DNA from: Eledone cirrhosa
Taxonomy: Eukaryota
Assembly: GCA_964016885.1 (NCBI GenBank)
Contig: OZ024742.1
Location: forward strand, 15,748,001 to 15,812,000
Reading direction: 5' to 3'
Length of the DNA stretch: 64,000 nucleotides
The notes below the pieces were generated by a model. It ran no database searches, had not been told where the DNA came from, and saw nothing but the letters and a program-made list of their open reading frames with translations. How positions within the stretch are numbered: position 1 is the first letter of the stretch; every line of letters starts with the position of its first letter. The position numbers and the translations under genes were made by a program. Below are positions 25,701-40,700 of the stretch, piece after piece.

Positions 25701-28700
25701 GTGTGAGATATTGTTTAGTACACAGTAGAGACTTTAGGTTTGGATTTGTGTAAGATATTGATTAGTATACAGTAGAGACTTTAGGTTTGGATTTGTGTGA
25801 GATATTGTTTAGTACACAGTAGAGACTTTAGGTTTGGATTTGTGTAAGATATTGATTAGTATACAGTAGAGACTTTAGGTTTGGATTTGTGTGAGATATT
25901 GTTTAGTACACAGTAGAGATTTATGTTTGGATTTGTGTAAGATATTGTTTAGTATACAGTAGAGACTTTAGGTTTGGATTTGTGTGAGATATCGTTTAGT
26001 ACACAGTAGAGACCTTAGCTTTGGATTTGTGTGAGATATTGTTTAGTATACAGTAGAGACATTAGGTTTGGATTTGTGTGAGATATTGTTTAGTATACAG
26101 TAGAGACTTTAGGTTTGGGTGTGTGTAAGATATTGTTTAGTACACAGTAGAGATTTTAGGTTTGGATTTGTGTGAGATATTGTTTAGTACACAGTAGAGA
26201 CTTTAGGTTTGGATTTGTGTGAGATATTGTTTAGTATACAGTAGATAATTTAGATTTGGATTTGTGTGATATTGTTTAGTATACAGTAGACAATTTAGGT
26301 TTGGATTTGTGTGAGATATTGTTTAGTACACAGTAGAGGTTTAGGTTTGGATTTGTGAGATATTGTTTAGTACACAGTAGAGACTTTAGGTTTGGATTTG
26401 TGTAAGATTGTTTAGTACACAGTCGAGACTTTAGATTTGGATTTGTGTGAGATATTGTTTAGTACACAGTAGAGACTTTAGGTTTGGATTTGTGTGAGAT
26501 ATTGTTTAGTATACAGTAGAGACTTTAGATTTGGATTTGTGTGAGATATAGTTTAGTACACAGTAGAGACTTTAGGTTTGGATTTGTTTGAGATATTGTT
26601 TAGTATACAGTAGAGACCTTAGGTTTGGATTTGTGTGAGATATTGTTCAGTATACAGTAGAGACTTTAGGTTTGGATTTGTGTGAGATATTGTTTAGTAT
26701 ACAGTAGAGACTTCAGGTTTGGATTTGTGTGAGATATTGTTTAGTATATAGTAGAGACTTTAGGTTTGGATTTGTGTGAGATATTGTTTAGTATACAGTA
26801 GAGACTTTAGGTTTGGATTTGTGTGAGATATTGTTTAGTATACAGTAGAGTCTTTAGGTTTGGATGTGTGTGAGATATTGTTTAGTACACAGTAGAGACT
26901 TTAGGTTTTGATTTGTGTAAGATATTGTTTCATACACAGTAGAGACTTTAGCTTTGGATTTGTGTGAGATATTGTTTAGTACACAGTAGAGACTTTAGGT
27001 TTGGATTTGTGTGAGATATTGTTTAGTATACAGTAGAAACTTTAGATTTGGATTTGTGTGAGATATTGTTTAGTACACAGTAGAGATTATAGGTTTGGAT
27101 TTGTGTGAGATATTGTTTAGTATACAGTATAGACTTTAGGTTTGCATTTGTGTGGGATATTGTTTAGTACACATTAGAGACTTTAGGTTTGGATTTGTGT
27201 AAGATATTGATTAGTATACAGTAGAGACTTTAGGTTTGGATTTGTGTGAGATATTGTTTAGTACACAGTAGAGACTTTAGGTTTGGATTTGTGTAAGATA
27301 TTGATTAGTATACAGTAGAGACTTTAGGTTTGGATTTGTGTGAGATATTGTTTAGTACACAGTAGAGATTTATGTTTGGATTTGTGTAAGATATTGTTTA
27401 GTATACAGTAGAGACTTTAGGTTTGGATTTGTGTGAGATATTGTTTAGTACACAGTAGAGACTTTAGCTTTGGATTTGTGTGAGATATTGTTTAGTATAC
27501 AGTAGAGACTTTAGGTTTGGATTTGTGTGAGATATTGTTTAGTATACAGTAGAGACTTTAGGTTTGGATTTGTGTAAGATATTGTTTAGTACACAGTAGA
27601 GATTTTAGGTTTGGATTTGTGTGAGATATTGTTTAGTACACAGTAGAGACTTTAGGTTTGGATTTGTGTGAGATATTGTTTAGTATACAGTAGATAATTT
27701 AGATTTGGATTTGTGTGATATTGTTTAGTATACAGTAGACAATTTAGGTTTGGATTTGTGTGAGATATTGTTTAGTAGACAGTAGATAATTTAGATTTGG
27801 ATTTGTGTGATATTGTTTAGTATACAGTAGACAATTTAGGTTTGGATTTGTGTGAGATATTGTTTTGTACACAGTAGAGGTTTAGGTTTGGATTTGTGAG
27901 TTATTGTTTAGTACACAGTAGAGACTTTAGGTTTGGATTTGTGTAAGATATTGTTTAGTACACAGTAGAGATTTTAGGTTTGGATTTGTGTGAGATATTG
28001 TTTAGTACACAGTAGAGACTTTAGGTTTGGATTTGTGTGAGATATTGTTTAGTATACAGTAGAGACTTTAGGTTTGGATTTGTGTAAGATATTGTTTAGT
28101 ACACAGTAGAGACTTTAGGTTTGGATGTGTGTGAGATATTGTTTAGTACACAGTAGAGACTTTAGGTTTGGATTTGTGTAAGATATTGTTTAATACACAG
28201 TAGAGACTTTAGCTTTGGATTTGTGTGAGATATTGTTTAGTACACAGTAGAGACTTTAGGTTTGGATTTGTGTGAGATATTGTTTAGTATACAGTAGAAA
28301 CTTTAGGTTTGGATTTGTGTGAGATATTGTTTAGTACACAGTAGAGACTATAGGTTTGGATTTGTGTGAGATATTGTTTAGTATACAGTAGAGACTTTAG
28401 GTTTGCATTTGTGTGGGATATTGTTTAGTACACATTAGAGACTCTAGGTTTGGATTTGTGTAAGATATTGATTAGTATACAGTAGAGACTTTAGGTTTGG
28501 ATTTGTGTGAGATATTGTTTAGTACACAGTAGAGACTTTAGGTTTGGATTTGTGTAAGATATTGATTAGTATACAGTAGAGACTTTAAGTTTGGATTTGT
28601 GTGAGATATTGTTTAGTACACAGTAGAGACTTTAGGTTTGGATTTGTGTAAGATATTGATTAGTATACAGTAGAGACTTTAGGTTTGGATTTGTGTGAGA

Positions 28701-31700
28701 TATCGTTTAGTACACAGTAGAGACTTTAGCTTTGGATTTGTGTGAGATATTGTTTAGTATACAGTAGAGACTTTAGGTTTGGATTTGTGTGAGATATTGT
28801 TTAGTATACAGTAGAGACTTTAGGTTTGGGTTTGTGTAAGATATTGTTTAGTACACAGTAGAGATTTTAGGTTTGGATTTGTGTGAGATATTGTTTAGTA
28901 CACAGTAGAGACTTTAGGTTTGGATTTGTGTGAGATATTGTTTAGTATACAGTAGATAATTTAGATTTGGATTTGTGTGATATTGTTTAGTATACAGTAG
29001 ACAATTTAGGTTTGGACTTGTGTGAGATATTGTTTAGTACACAGTAGAGGTTTAGGTTTGGATTTGTGAGATATTGTTTAGTACACAGTAGAGACTTTAG
29101 GTTTGGATTTGTGTAAGATTGTTTAGTACACAGTCGAGACTTTAGATTTGGATTTGTGTGAGATATTGTTTAGTACACAGTAGAGACTTTAGGTTTGGAT
29201 TTGTGTGAGATATTGTTTAGTATACAGTAGAGACTTTAGGTTTGGATTTGTGTGAGATATAGTTTAGTACGCAGTAGAGACTTTAGGTTTGGATTTGTTT
29301 GAGATATTGTTTAGTATACAGTAGAGACCTTAGGTTTGGATTTGTGTGAGATATTGTTCAGTATACAGTAGAGACTTTAGGTTTGGATTTGTGTGAGATA
29401 TTGTTTAGTATACAGTAGAGACTTCAGGTTTGGATTTGTGTGAGATATTGTTTAGTATATAGTAGAGACTTTAGGTTTGGATTTGTGTAAGATATTGATT
29501 AGTATACAGTAGAGACTTTAGTTTTGGATTTGTGTGAGATATTGTTTAGTACACAGTAGAGATTTATGTTTGGATTTGTGTAAGATATTGTTTCATACAC
29601 AGTAGAGACTTTAGCTTTGGATTTGTGTGAGATATTGTTTAGTACACAGTAGAGACTTTAGGTTTGGATTTGTGTGAGATATTGTTTAGTATACAGTAGA
29701 AACTTTAGATTTGGATTTGTGTGAGATATTGTTTAGTACACAGTAGAGACTATAGGTTTGGATTTGTGTGAGATATTGTTTAGTATACAGTATAGACTTT
29801 AGGTTTGCATTTGTGTGGGATATTGTTTAGTACACATTAGAGACTTTAGGTTTGGATTTGTGTAAGATATTGATTAGTATACAGTAGAGACTTTAGGTTT
29901 GGATTTGTGTGAGATATTGTTTAGTACACAGTAGAGACTTTAGGTTTGGATTTGTGTAAGATATTGATTAGTATACAGTAGAGACTTTAGGTTTGGATTT
30001 GTGTGAGATATTGTTTAGTACACAGTAGAGATTTATGTTTGGATTTGTGTAAGATATTGTTTAGTATACAGTAGAGACTTTAGGTTTGGATTTGTGTAAG
30101 ATATTGTTTAGTACACAGTAGAGATTTTAGGTTTGGATTTGTGTGAGATATTGTTTAGTACACAGTAGAGACTTTAGGTTTGGATTTGTGTGAGATATTG
30201 TTTAGTATACAGTAGAGACTTTAGGTTTGGATTTGTGTAAGATATTGTTTAGTACACAGTAGAGACTTTAGGTTTGGATGTGTGTGAGATATTGTTTAGT
30301 ACACAGTAGAGACTTTAGGTTTGGATTTGTGTAAGATATTGTTTAATACACAGTAGAGACTTTAGCTTTGGATTTGTGTGAGATATTGTTTAGTACACAG
30401 TAGAGACTTTAGGTTTGGATTTGTGTGAGATATTGTTTAGTATACAGTAGAAACTTTAGGTTTGGATTTGTGTGAGATATTGTTTAGTACACAGTAGAGA
30501 CTATAGGTTTGGATTTGTGTGAGATATTGTTTAGTATACAGTAGAGACTTTAGGTTTGCATTTGTGTGGGATATTGTTTAGTACACATTAGAGACTCTAG
30601 GTTTGGATTTGTGTAAGATATTGATTAGTATACAGTAGAGACTTTAGGTTTGGATTTGTGTGAGATATTGCTTAGTACACAGTAGAGACTTTAGGTTTGG
30701 ATTTGTGTAAGATATTGATTAGTATACAGTAGAGACTTTAAGTTTGGATTTGTGTGAGATATTGTTTAGTACACAGTAGAGACTTTAGGTTTGGATTTGT
30801 GTAAGATATTGATTAGTATACAGTAGAGACTTTAGGTTTGGATTTGTGTGAGATATCGTTTAGTACACAGTAGAGACTTTAGCTATGGATTTGTGTGAGA
30901 TATTGTTTAGTATACAGTAGAGACTTTAGGTTTGGATTTGTGTGAGATATTGTTTAGTATACAGTAGAGACTTTAGGTTTGGGTTTGTGTAAGATATTGT
31001 TTAGTACACAGTAGAGATTTTAGGTTTGGATTTGTGTGAGATATTGTTTAGTACACAGTAGAGACTTTAGGTTTGGATTTGTGTGAGATATTGTTTAGTA
31101 TACAGTAGATAATTTAGATTTGGATTTGTGTGATATTGTTTAGTATACAGTAGACAATTTAGGTTTGGATTTGTGTGAGATATTGTTTAGTACACAGTAG
31201 AGGTTTAGGTTTGGATTTGTGAGATATTGTTTAGTACAGAGTAGAGACTTTAGGTTTGGATTTGTGTAAGATTGTTTAGTACACAGTCGAGACTTTAGAT
31301 TTGGATTTGTGTGAGATATTGTTTAGTACACAGTAGAGACTTTAGGTTTGGATTTGTGTGAGATATTGTTTAGTATACAGTAGAGACTTTAGGTTTGGAT
31401 TTGTGTGAGATATAGTTTAGTACACAGTAGAGACTTTAGGTTTGGATTTGTTTGAGATATTGTTTAGTATACAGTAGAGACCTTAGGTTTGGATTTGTGT
31501 GAGATATTGTTCAGTATACAGTAGAGACTTTAGGTTTGGATTTGTGTGAGATATTGTTTAGTATACAGTAGAGACTTCAGGTTTGGATTTGTGTGAGATA
31601 TTGTTTAGTATATAGTAGAGACTTTAGGTTTGGATTTGTGTAAGATATTGATTAGTATACAGTAGAGACTTTAGTTTTGGATTTGTGTGAGATATTGTTT

Positions 31701-34700
31701 AGTACACAGTAGAGATTTATGTTTGGATTTGTGTAAGATATTGTTTCATACACAGTAGAGACTTTAGCTTTGGATTTGTGTGAGATATTGTTTAGTACAC
31801 AGTAGAGACTTTAGGTTTGGATTTGTGTGAGATATTGTTTAGTATACAGTAGAAACTTTAGATTTGGATTTGTGTGAGATATTGTTTAGTACACAGTAGA
31901 GACTATAGGTTTGGATTTGTGTGAGATATTGTTTAGTATACAGTATAGACTTTAGGTTTGCATTTGTGTGGGATATTGTTTAGTACACATTAGAGACTTT
32001 AGGTTTGGATTTGTGTAAGATATTGATTAGTATACAGTAGAGACTTTAGGTTTGGATTTGTGTGAGATATTGTTTAGTACACAGTAGAGACTTTAGGTTT
32101 GGATTTGTGTAAGATGTTGATTAGTATACAGTAGAGACTTTAGGTTTGGATTTGTGTGAGATATTGTTTAGTACACAGTAGAGATTTATGTTTGGATTTG
32201 TGTAAGATATTGTTTAGTATACAGTAGAGACTTTAGGTTTGGATTTGTGTGAGATATTGTTTAGTACACAGTAGAGACTTTAGCTTTGGATTTGTGTGAG
32301 ATATTGTTTAGTATACAGTAGAGACTTTAGGTTTGGATTTGTGTGAGATATTGTTTAGTATACAGTAGAGACTTTAGGTTTGGATTTGTGTAAGATATTG
32401 TTTAGTACACAGTAGAGATTTTAGGTTTGGATTTGTGTGAGATATTGTTTAGTACACAGTAGAGACTTTAGGTTTGGATTTGTGTGAGATATTGTTTAGT
32501 ATACAGTAGATAATTTAGATTTGGATTTGTGTGATATTGTTTAGTATACAGTAGACAATTTAGGTTTGGATTTGTGTGAGATATTGTTTAGTAGACAGTA
32601 GATAATTTAGATTTGGATTTGTGTGATATTGTTTAGTATACAGTAGACAATTTAGGTTTGGATTTGTGTGAGATATTGTTTTGTACACAGTAGAGGTTTA
32701 GGTTTGGATTTGTGAGTTATTGTTTAGTACACAGTAGAGACTTTAGGTTTGGATTTGTGTAAGATATTGTTTAGTACACAGTAGAGATTTTAGGTTTGGA
32801 TTTGTGTGAGATATTGTTTAGTACACAGTAGAGACTTTAGGTTTGGATTTGTGTGAGATATTGTTTAGTATACAGTAGAGACTTTAGGTTTGGATTTGTG
32901 TAAGATATTGTTTAGTACACAGTAGAGACTTTAGGTTTGGATGTGTGTGAGATATTGTTTAGTACACAGTAGAGACTTTAGGTTTGGATTTGTGTAAGAT
33001 ATTGTTTAATACACAGTAGAGACTTTAGCTTTGGATTTGTGTGAGATATTGTTTAGTACACAGTAGAGACTTTAGGTTTGGATTTGTGTGAGATATTGTT
33101 TAGTATACAGTAGAAACTTTAGGTTTGGATTTGTGTGAGATATTGTTTAGTACACAGTAGAGACTATAGGTTTGGATTTGTGTGAGATATTGTTTAGTAT
33201 ACAGTAGAGACTTTAGGTTTGCATTTGTGTGGGATATTGTTTAGTACACATTAGAGACTTTAGGTTTGGATTTGTGTAAGATATTGATTAGTATACAGTA
33301 GAGACTTTAGGGTTGGATTTGTGTGAGATATTGTTTAGTACACAGTAGAGACTTTAGGTTTGGATTTGTGTAAGATATTGATTAGTATACAGTAGAGACT
33401 TTAAGTTTGGATTTGTGTGAGATATTGTTTAGTACACAGTAGAGACTTTAGGTTTGGATTTGTGTAAGATATTGATTAGTATACAGTAGAGACTTTAGGT
33501 TTGGATTTGTGTGAGATATCGTTTAGTACACAGTAGAGACTTTAGCTTTGGATTTGTGTGAGATATTGTTTAGTATACAGTAGAGACTTTAGGTTTGGAT
33601 TTGTGTGAGATATTGTTTAGTATACAGTAGAGACTTTAGGTTTGGGTTTGTGTAAGATATTGTTTAGTACACAGTAGAGATTTTAGGTTTGGATTTGTGT
33701 GAGATATTGTTTAGTACACAGTAGAGACTTTAGGTTTGGATTTGTGTGAGATATTGTTTAGTATACAGTAGATAATTTAGATTTGGATTTGTGTGATATT
33801 GTTTAGTATACAGTAGACAATTTAGGTTTGGATTTGTGTGAGATATTGTTTAGTACACAGTAGAGGTTTAGGTTTGGATTTGTGAGATATTGTTTAGTAC
33901 ACAGTAGAGACTTTAGGTTTGGATTTGTGTAAGATTGTTTAGTACACAGTCGAGACTTTAGATTTGGATTTGTGTGAGATATTGTTTAGTACACAGTAGA
34001 GACTTTAGGTTTGGATTTGTGTGCGATATTGTTTAGTATACAGTAGAGACTTTAGGTTTGGATTTGTGTGAGATATAGTTTAGTACACAGTAGAGACTTT
34101 AGGTTTGGATTTGTTTGAGATATTGTTTAGTATACAGTAGAGACCTTAGGTTTGGATTTGTGTGAGATATTGTTCAGTATACAGTAGAGACTTTAGGTTT
34201 GGATTTGTGTGAGATATTGTTTAGTATACAGTAGAGACTTCAGGTTTGGATTTGTGTGAGATATTGTTTAGTATATAGTAGAGATTTAGGTTTGGATTTG
34301 TGTGAGATATTGTCTAGTATACAGTAGAGACTTTAGGTTTGGATTTGTGTGAGATATTGTTTAGTATACAGTAGAGTCTTTAGGTTTGGATGTGTGTGAG
34401 ATATTGTTTAGTACACAGTAGAGACTTTAGGTTTTGATTTGTGTAAGATATTGTTTCATACACAGTAGAGACTTTAGCTTTGGATTTGTGTGAGATATTG
34501 TTTAGTACACAGTAGAGACTTTAGGTTTGGATTTGTGTGAGATATTGTTTAGTATACAGTAGAAACTTTAGATTTGGATTTGTGTGAGATATTGTTTAGT
34601 ACACAGTAGAGACTATAGGTTTGGATTTGTGTGAGATATTGTTTAGTATACAGTATAGACTTTAGGTTTGCATTTGTGTGGGATATTGTTTAGTACACAT

Positions 34701-37700
34701 TAGAGACTTTAGGTTTGGATTTGTGTAAGATATCGATTAGTATACAGTAGAGACTTTAGGTTTGGATTTGTGTGAGATATTGTTTAGTACACAGTAGAGA
34801 TTTATGTTTGGATTTGTGTAAGATATTGTTTAGTATACAGTAGAGACTTTAGGTTTGGATTTGTGTGAGATATTGTTTAGTACACAGTAGAGACTTTAGC
34901 TTTGGATTTGTGTGAGATATTGTTTAGTATACAGTAGAGACTTTAGGTTTGGATTTGTGTGAGATATTGTTTAGTATACAGTAGAGACTTTAGGTTTGGA
35001 TTTGTGTAAGATATTGTTTAGTACACAGTAGAGATTTTAGGTTTGGATTTGTGTGAGATATTGTTTAGTACACAGTAGAGACTTTAGGTTTGGATTTGTG
35101 TGAGATATTGTTTAGTATACAGTAGATAATTTAGATTTGGATTTGTGTGATATTGTTTAGTATACAGTAGACAATTTAGGTTTGGATTTGTGTGAGATAT
35201 TGTTTAGTAGACAGTAGATAATTTAGATTTGGATTTGTGTGATATTGTTTAGTATACAGTAGACAATTTAGGTTTGGATTTGTGTGAGATATTGTTTTGT
35301 ACACAGTAGAGGTTTAGGTTTGGATTTGTGAGTTATTGTTTAGTACACAGTAGAGACTTTAGGTTTGGATTTGTGTAAGATATTGTTTAGTACACAGTAG
35401 AGATTTTAGGTTTGGATTTGTGTGAGATATTGTTTAGTACACAGTAGAGACTTTAGGTTTGGATTTGTGTGAGATATTGTTTAGTATACAGTAGAGACTT
35501 TAGGTTTGGATTTGTGTAAGATATTGTTTAGTACACAGTAGAGACTTTAGGTTTGGATGTGTGTGAGATATTGTTTAGTACACAGTAGAGACTTTAGGTT
35601 TGGATTTGTGTAAGATATTGTTTAATACACAGTAGAGACTTTAGCTTTGGATTTGTGTGAGATATTGTTTAGTACACAGTAGAGACTTTAGGTTTGGATT
35701 TGTGTGAGATATTGTTTAGTATACAGTAGAGACTTTAGGTTTGCATTTGTGTGGGATATTGTTTAGTACACATTAGAGACTTTAGGTTTGGATTTGTGTA
35801 AGATATTGATTAGTATACAGTAGAGACTTTAGGTTTGGATTTGTGTGAGATATTGTTTAGTACACAGTAGAGACTTTAGGTTTGGATTTGTGTAAGATAT
35901 TGATTAGTATACAGTAGAGACTTTAAGTTTGGATTTGTGTGAGATATTGTTTAGTACACAGTAGAGACTTTAGGTTTGGATTTGTGTAAGATATTGATTA
36001 GTATACAGTAGAGACTTTAGGTTTGGATTTGTGTGAGATATCGTTTAGTACACAGTAGAGACTTTAGCTTTGGATTTGTGTGAGATATTGTTTAGTATAC
36101 AGTAGAGACTTTAGGTTTGGATTTGTGTGAGATATTGTTTAGTATACAGTAGAGACTTTAGGTTTGGGTTTGTGTAAGATATTGTTTAGTACACAGTAGA
36201 GATTTTAGGTTTGGATTTGTGTGAGATATTGTTTAGTACACAGTAGAGACTTTAGGTTTGGATTTGTGTGAGATATTGTTTAGTATACAGTAGATAATTT
36301 AGATTTGGATTTGTGTGATATTGTTTAGTATACAGTAGACAATTTAGGTTTGGATTTGTGTGAGATATTGTTTAGTACACAGTAGAGGTTTAGGTTTGGA
36401 TTTGTGAGATATTGTTTAGTACACAGTAGAGACTTTAGGTTTGGATTTGTGTAAGATTGTTTAGTACACAGTCGAGACTTTAGATTTGGATTTGTGTGAG
36501 ATATTGTTTAGTACACAGTAGAGACTTTAGGTTTGGATTTGTGTGAGATATTGTTTAGTATACAGTAGAGACTTTAGGTTTGGATTTGTGTGAGATATAG
36601 TTTAGTACACAGTAGAGACTTTAGGTTTGGATTTGTTTGAGATATTGTTTAGTATACAGTAGAGACCTTAGGTTTGGATTTGTGTGAGATATTGTTCAGT
36701 ATACAGTAGAGACTTTAGGTTTGGATTTGTGTGAGATATTGTTTAGTATACAGTAGAGACTTCAGGTTTGGATTTGTGTGAGATATTGTTTAGTATATAG
36801 TAGAGACTTTAGGTTTGGATTTGTGTGAGATATTGTTTAGTATACAGTAGAGACTTTAGGTTTGGATTTGTGTGAGATATTGTTTAGTATACAGTAGAGT
36901 CTTTAGGTTTGGATGTGTGTGAGATATTGTTTAGTATACAGTAGAGATTTAGGTTTGGATTTGTGTGAGATATTGTTTAGTATACAGTAGAGACTTTAGG
37001 TTTCAATATGTGTGAGATATTGTTTAGTATACAGTAGAGACTTTAGGTTTGGATTTGTGTGAGATATTGTTTAGTATACAGTAGAAACTTTAGATTTGGA
37101 TTTGTGTGAGATATTGTTTAGTACACAGTAGAGACTATAGGTTTGGATTTGTGTGAGATATTGTTTAGTATACAGTATAGACTTTAGGTTTGCATTTGTG
37201 TGGGATATTGTTTAGTACACATTAGAGACTTTAGGTTTGGATTTGTGTAAGATATCGATTAGTATACAGTAGAGACTTTAGGTTTGGATTTGTGTAGGAT
37301 ATTGTTTAGTACACAGTAGAGACTTTAGGTTTGGATTTGTGTAAGATATTGATTAGTATACAGTAGAGACTTTAGGTTTGGATTTGTGTGAGATATTGTT
37401 TAGTACACAGTAGAGATTTATGTTTGGATTTGTGTAAGATATTGTTTAGTATACAGTAGAGACTTTAGGTTTGGATTTGTGTGAGATATTGTTTAGTACA
37501 CAGTAGAGACTTTAGCTTTGGATTTGTGTGAGATATTGTTTAGTATACAGTAGAGACTTTAGGTTTGGATTTGTGTGAGATATTGTTTAGTATACAGTAG
37601 AGACTTTAGGTTTGGATTTGTGTAAGATATTGTTTAGTACACAGTAGAGATTTTAGTTTTGGATTTGTGTGAGATATTGTTTAGTACACAGTAGAGACTT

Positions 37701-40700
37701 TAGGTTTGGATTTGTGTGAGATATTGTTTAGTATACAGTAGATAATTTAGATTTGGATTTGTGTGATATTGTTTAGTATACAGTAGACAATTTAGGTTTG
37801 GATTTGTGTGAGATATTGTTTAGTATACAGTAGAGACTTTAGGTTTGGATTTGTGTGAGATATTGTTTAGTATACAGTAGAGACTTTAGGTTTGGATTTG
37901 TGTAAGATATTGTTTAGTACACAGTAGAGATTTTAGTTTTGGATTTGTGTGAGATATTGTTTAGTACACAGTAGAGACTTTAGGTTTGGATTTGTGTGAG
38001 ATATTGTTTAGTATACAGTAGATAATTTAGATTTGGATTTGTGTGATATTGTTTAGTATACAGTAGACAATTTAGGTTTGGATTTGTGTGAGATATTGTT
38101 TAGTAGACAGTAGATAATTTAGATTTGGATTTGTGTGATATTGTTTAGTATACAGTAGACAATTTAGGTTTGGATTTGTGTGAGATATTGTTTTGTACAC
38201 AGTAGAGGTTTAGGTTTGGATTTGTGAGTTATTGTTTAGTACACAGTAGAGACTTTAGGTTTGGATTTGTGTAAGATATTGTTTAGTACACAGTAGAGAT
38301 TTTAGGTTTGGATTTGTGTGAGATATTGTTTAGTACACAGTAGAGACTTTAGGTTTGGATTTGTGTGAGATATTGTTTAGTATACAGTAGAGACTTTAGG
38401 TTTGGATTTGTGTAAGATATTGTTTAGTACACAGTAGAGACTTTAGGTTTGGATGTGTGTGAGATATTGTTTAGTACACAGTAGAGACTTTAGGTTTGGA
38501 TTTGTGTAAGATATTGTTTAATACACAGTAGAGACTTTAGCTTTGGATTTGTGTGAGATATTGTTTAGTACACAGTAGAGACTTTAGGTTTGGATTTGTG
38601 TGAGATATTGTTTAGTACACAGTAGAGACTATAGGTTTGGATTTGTGTGAGATATTGTTTAGTATACAGTAGAGACTTTAGGTTTGCATTTGTGTGGGAT
38701 ATTGTTTAGTACACATTAGAGACTTTAGGTTTGGATTTGTGTAAGATATTGATTAGTATACAGTAGAGACTTTAGGTTTGGATTTGTGTGAGATATTGTT
38801 TAGTACACAGTAGAGACTTTAGGTTTGGATTTGTGTAAGATATTGATTAGCATACAGTAGAGACTTTAAGTTTGGATTTGTGTGAGATATTGTTTTGTAC
38901 ACAGTAGAGACTTTAGGTTTGGATTTGTGTAAGATATTGATTAGTATACAGTAGAGACTTTAGGTTTGGATTTGTGTGAGATATCGTTTAGTACACAGTA
39001 GAGACTTTAGCTTTGGATTTGTGTGAGATATTGTTTAGTATACAGTAGAGACTTTAGGTTTGGATTTGTGTGAGATATTGTTTAGTATACAGTAGAGACT
39101 TTAGGTTTGGATTTGTGTAAGATATTGTTTAGTACACAGTAGATATTTTAGGTTTGGATTTGTGTGAGATATTGTTTAGTACACAGTAGAGACTTTAGGT
39201 TTGGATTTGTGTGAGATATTGTTTAGTATACAGTAGATAATTTAGATTTGGATTTGTGTGATATTGTTTAGTATACAGTAGACAATTTAGGTTTGGATTT
39301 GTGTGAGATATTGTTTAGTACACAGTAGAGACTTTAGGTTTGGATTTGTGTGAGATATTGTTTAATATACAGTAGAGACTTTAGGTTTGGATTTGTGTGA
39401 GATATAGTTTAGTACACAGTAGAGACTTTAGGTTTGGATTTGTTTGAGATATTGTTTAGTATACAGTAGAGACCTTAGGTTTGGATTTGTGTGAGATATT
39501 GTTTAGTATACAGTAGAGACTTCAGGTTTGGATTTGTGTGAGATATTGTTTAGTATATAGTAGAGACTTTAGGTTTGGATTTGTGTGAGATATTGTTTAG
39601 TATACAGTAGAGACTTTAGGTTTGGATTTGTGTGAGATATTGTTTAGTATACAGTAGAGACTTTAGGTTTGGATTTGTGTAAGATATTGTTTAGTACAAA
39701 GTAGAGACTTTAGGTTTGGATGTGTGTGAGATATTGTTTAGTACACCGTAGAGACTTTAGGTTTGGATTTGTGTAAGATATTGTTTAATACACAGTAGAG
39801 ACTTTAGCTTTGGATTTGTGTGAGATATTGTTTAGTACACAGTAGAGACTTTAGGTTTGGATTTGTGTGAGATATTGTTTAGTATACAGTAGAAACTTTA
39901 GGTTTGGATTTGTGTGAGATATTGTTTAGTACACAGTAGAGACTATAGGTTTGGATTTGTGTGAGATATTGTTTAGTATACAGTAGAGACTTTAGGTTTG
40001 CATTTGTGTGGGATATTGTTTAGTACACATTAGAGACTTTAGGTTTGGATTTGTGTAAGATATTGATTAGTATACAGTAGAGACTTTAGGTTTGGATTTG
40101 TGTGAGATATTGTTTAGTACACAGTAGAGACTTTAGGTTTGGATTTGTGTAAGATATTGATTAGTATACAGTAGAGACTTTAGTTTTGGATTTGTGTGAG
40201 ATATTGTTTAGTACACAGTAGAGATTTATGTTTGGATTTGTGTAAGATATTGTTTAGTATACAGTAGAGACTTTAGGTTTGGATTTGTGTGAGATATCGT
40301 TTAGTACACAGTAGAGACTTTAGCTTTGGATTTGTGTGAGATATTGTTTAGTATACAGTAGAGACTTTAGGTTTGGATTTGTGTGAGATATTGTTTAGTA
40401 TACAGTAGAGACTTTAGGTTTGGATTTGTGTAAGATATTGTTTAGTACACAGTAGAGATTTTAGGTTTGGATTTGTGTGAGATATTGTTTAGTACACAGT
40501 AGAGACTTTAGGTTTGGATTTGTGTGAGATATTGTTTAGTATACAGTAGATAATTTAGATTTGGATTTTTGTGATATTGTTTAGTATACAGTAGACAATT
40601 TAGGTTTGGATTTGTGTGAGATATTGTTTAGTACACAGTAGAGGTTTAGGTTTGGATTTGTGAGATATTGTTTAGTACACAGTAGAGACTTTAGGTTTGG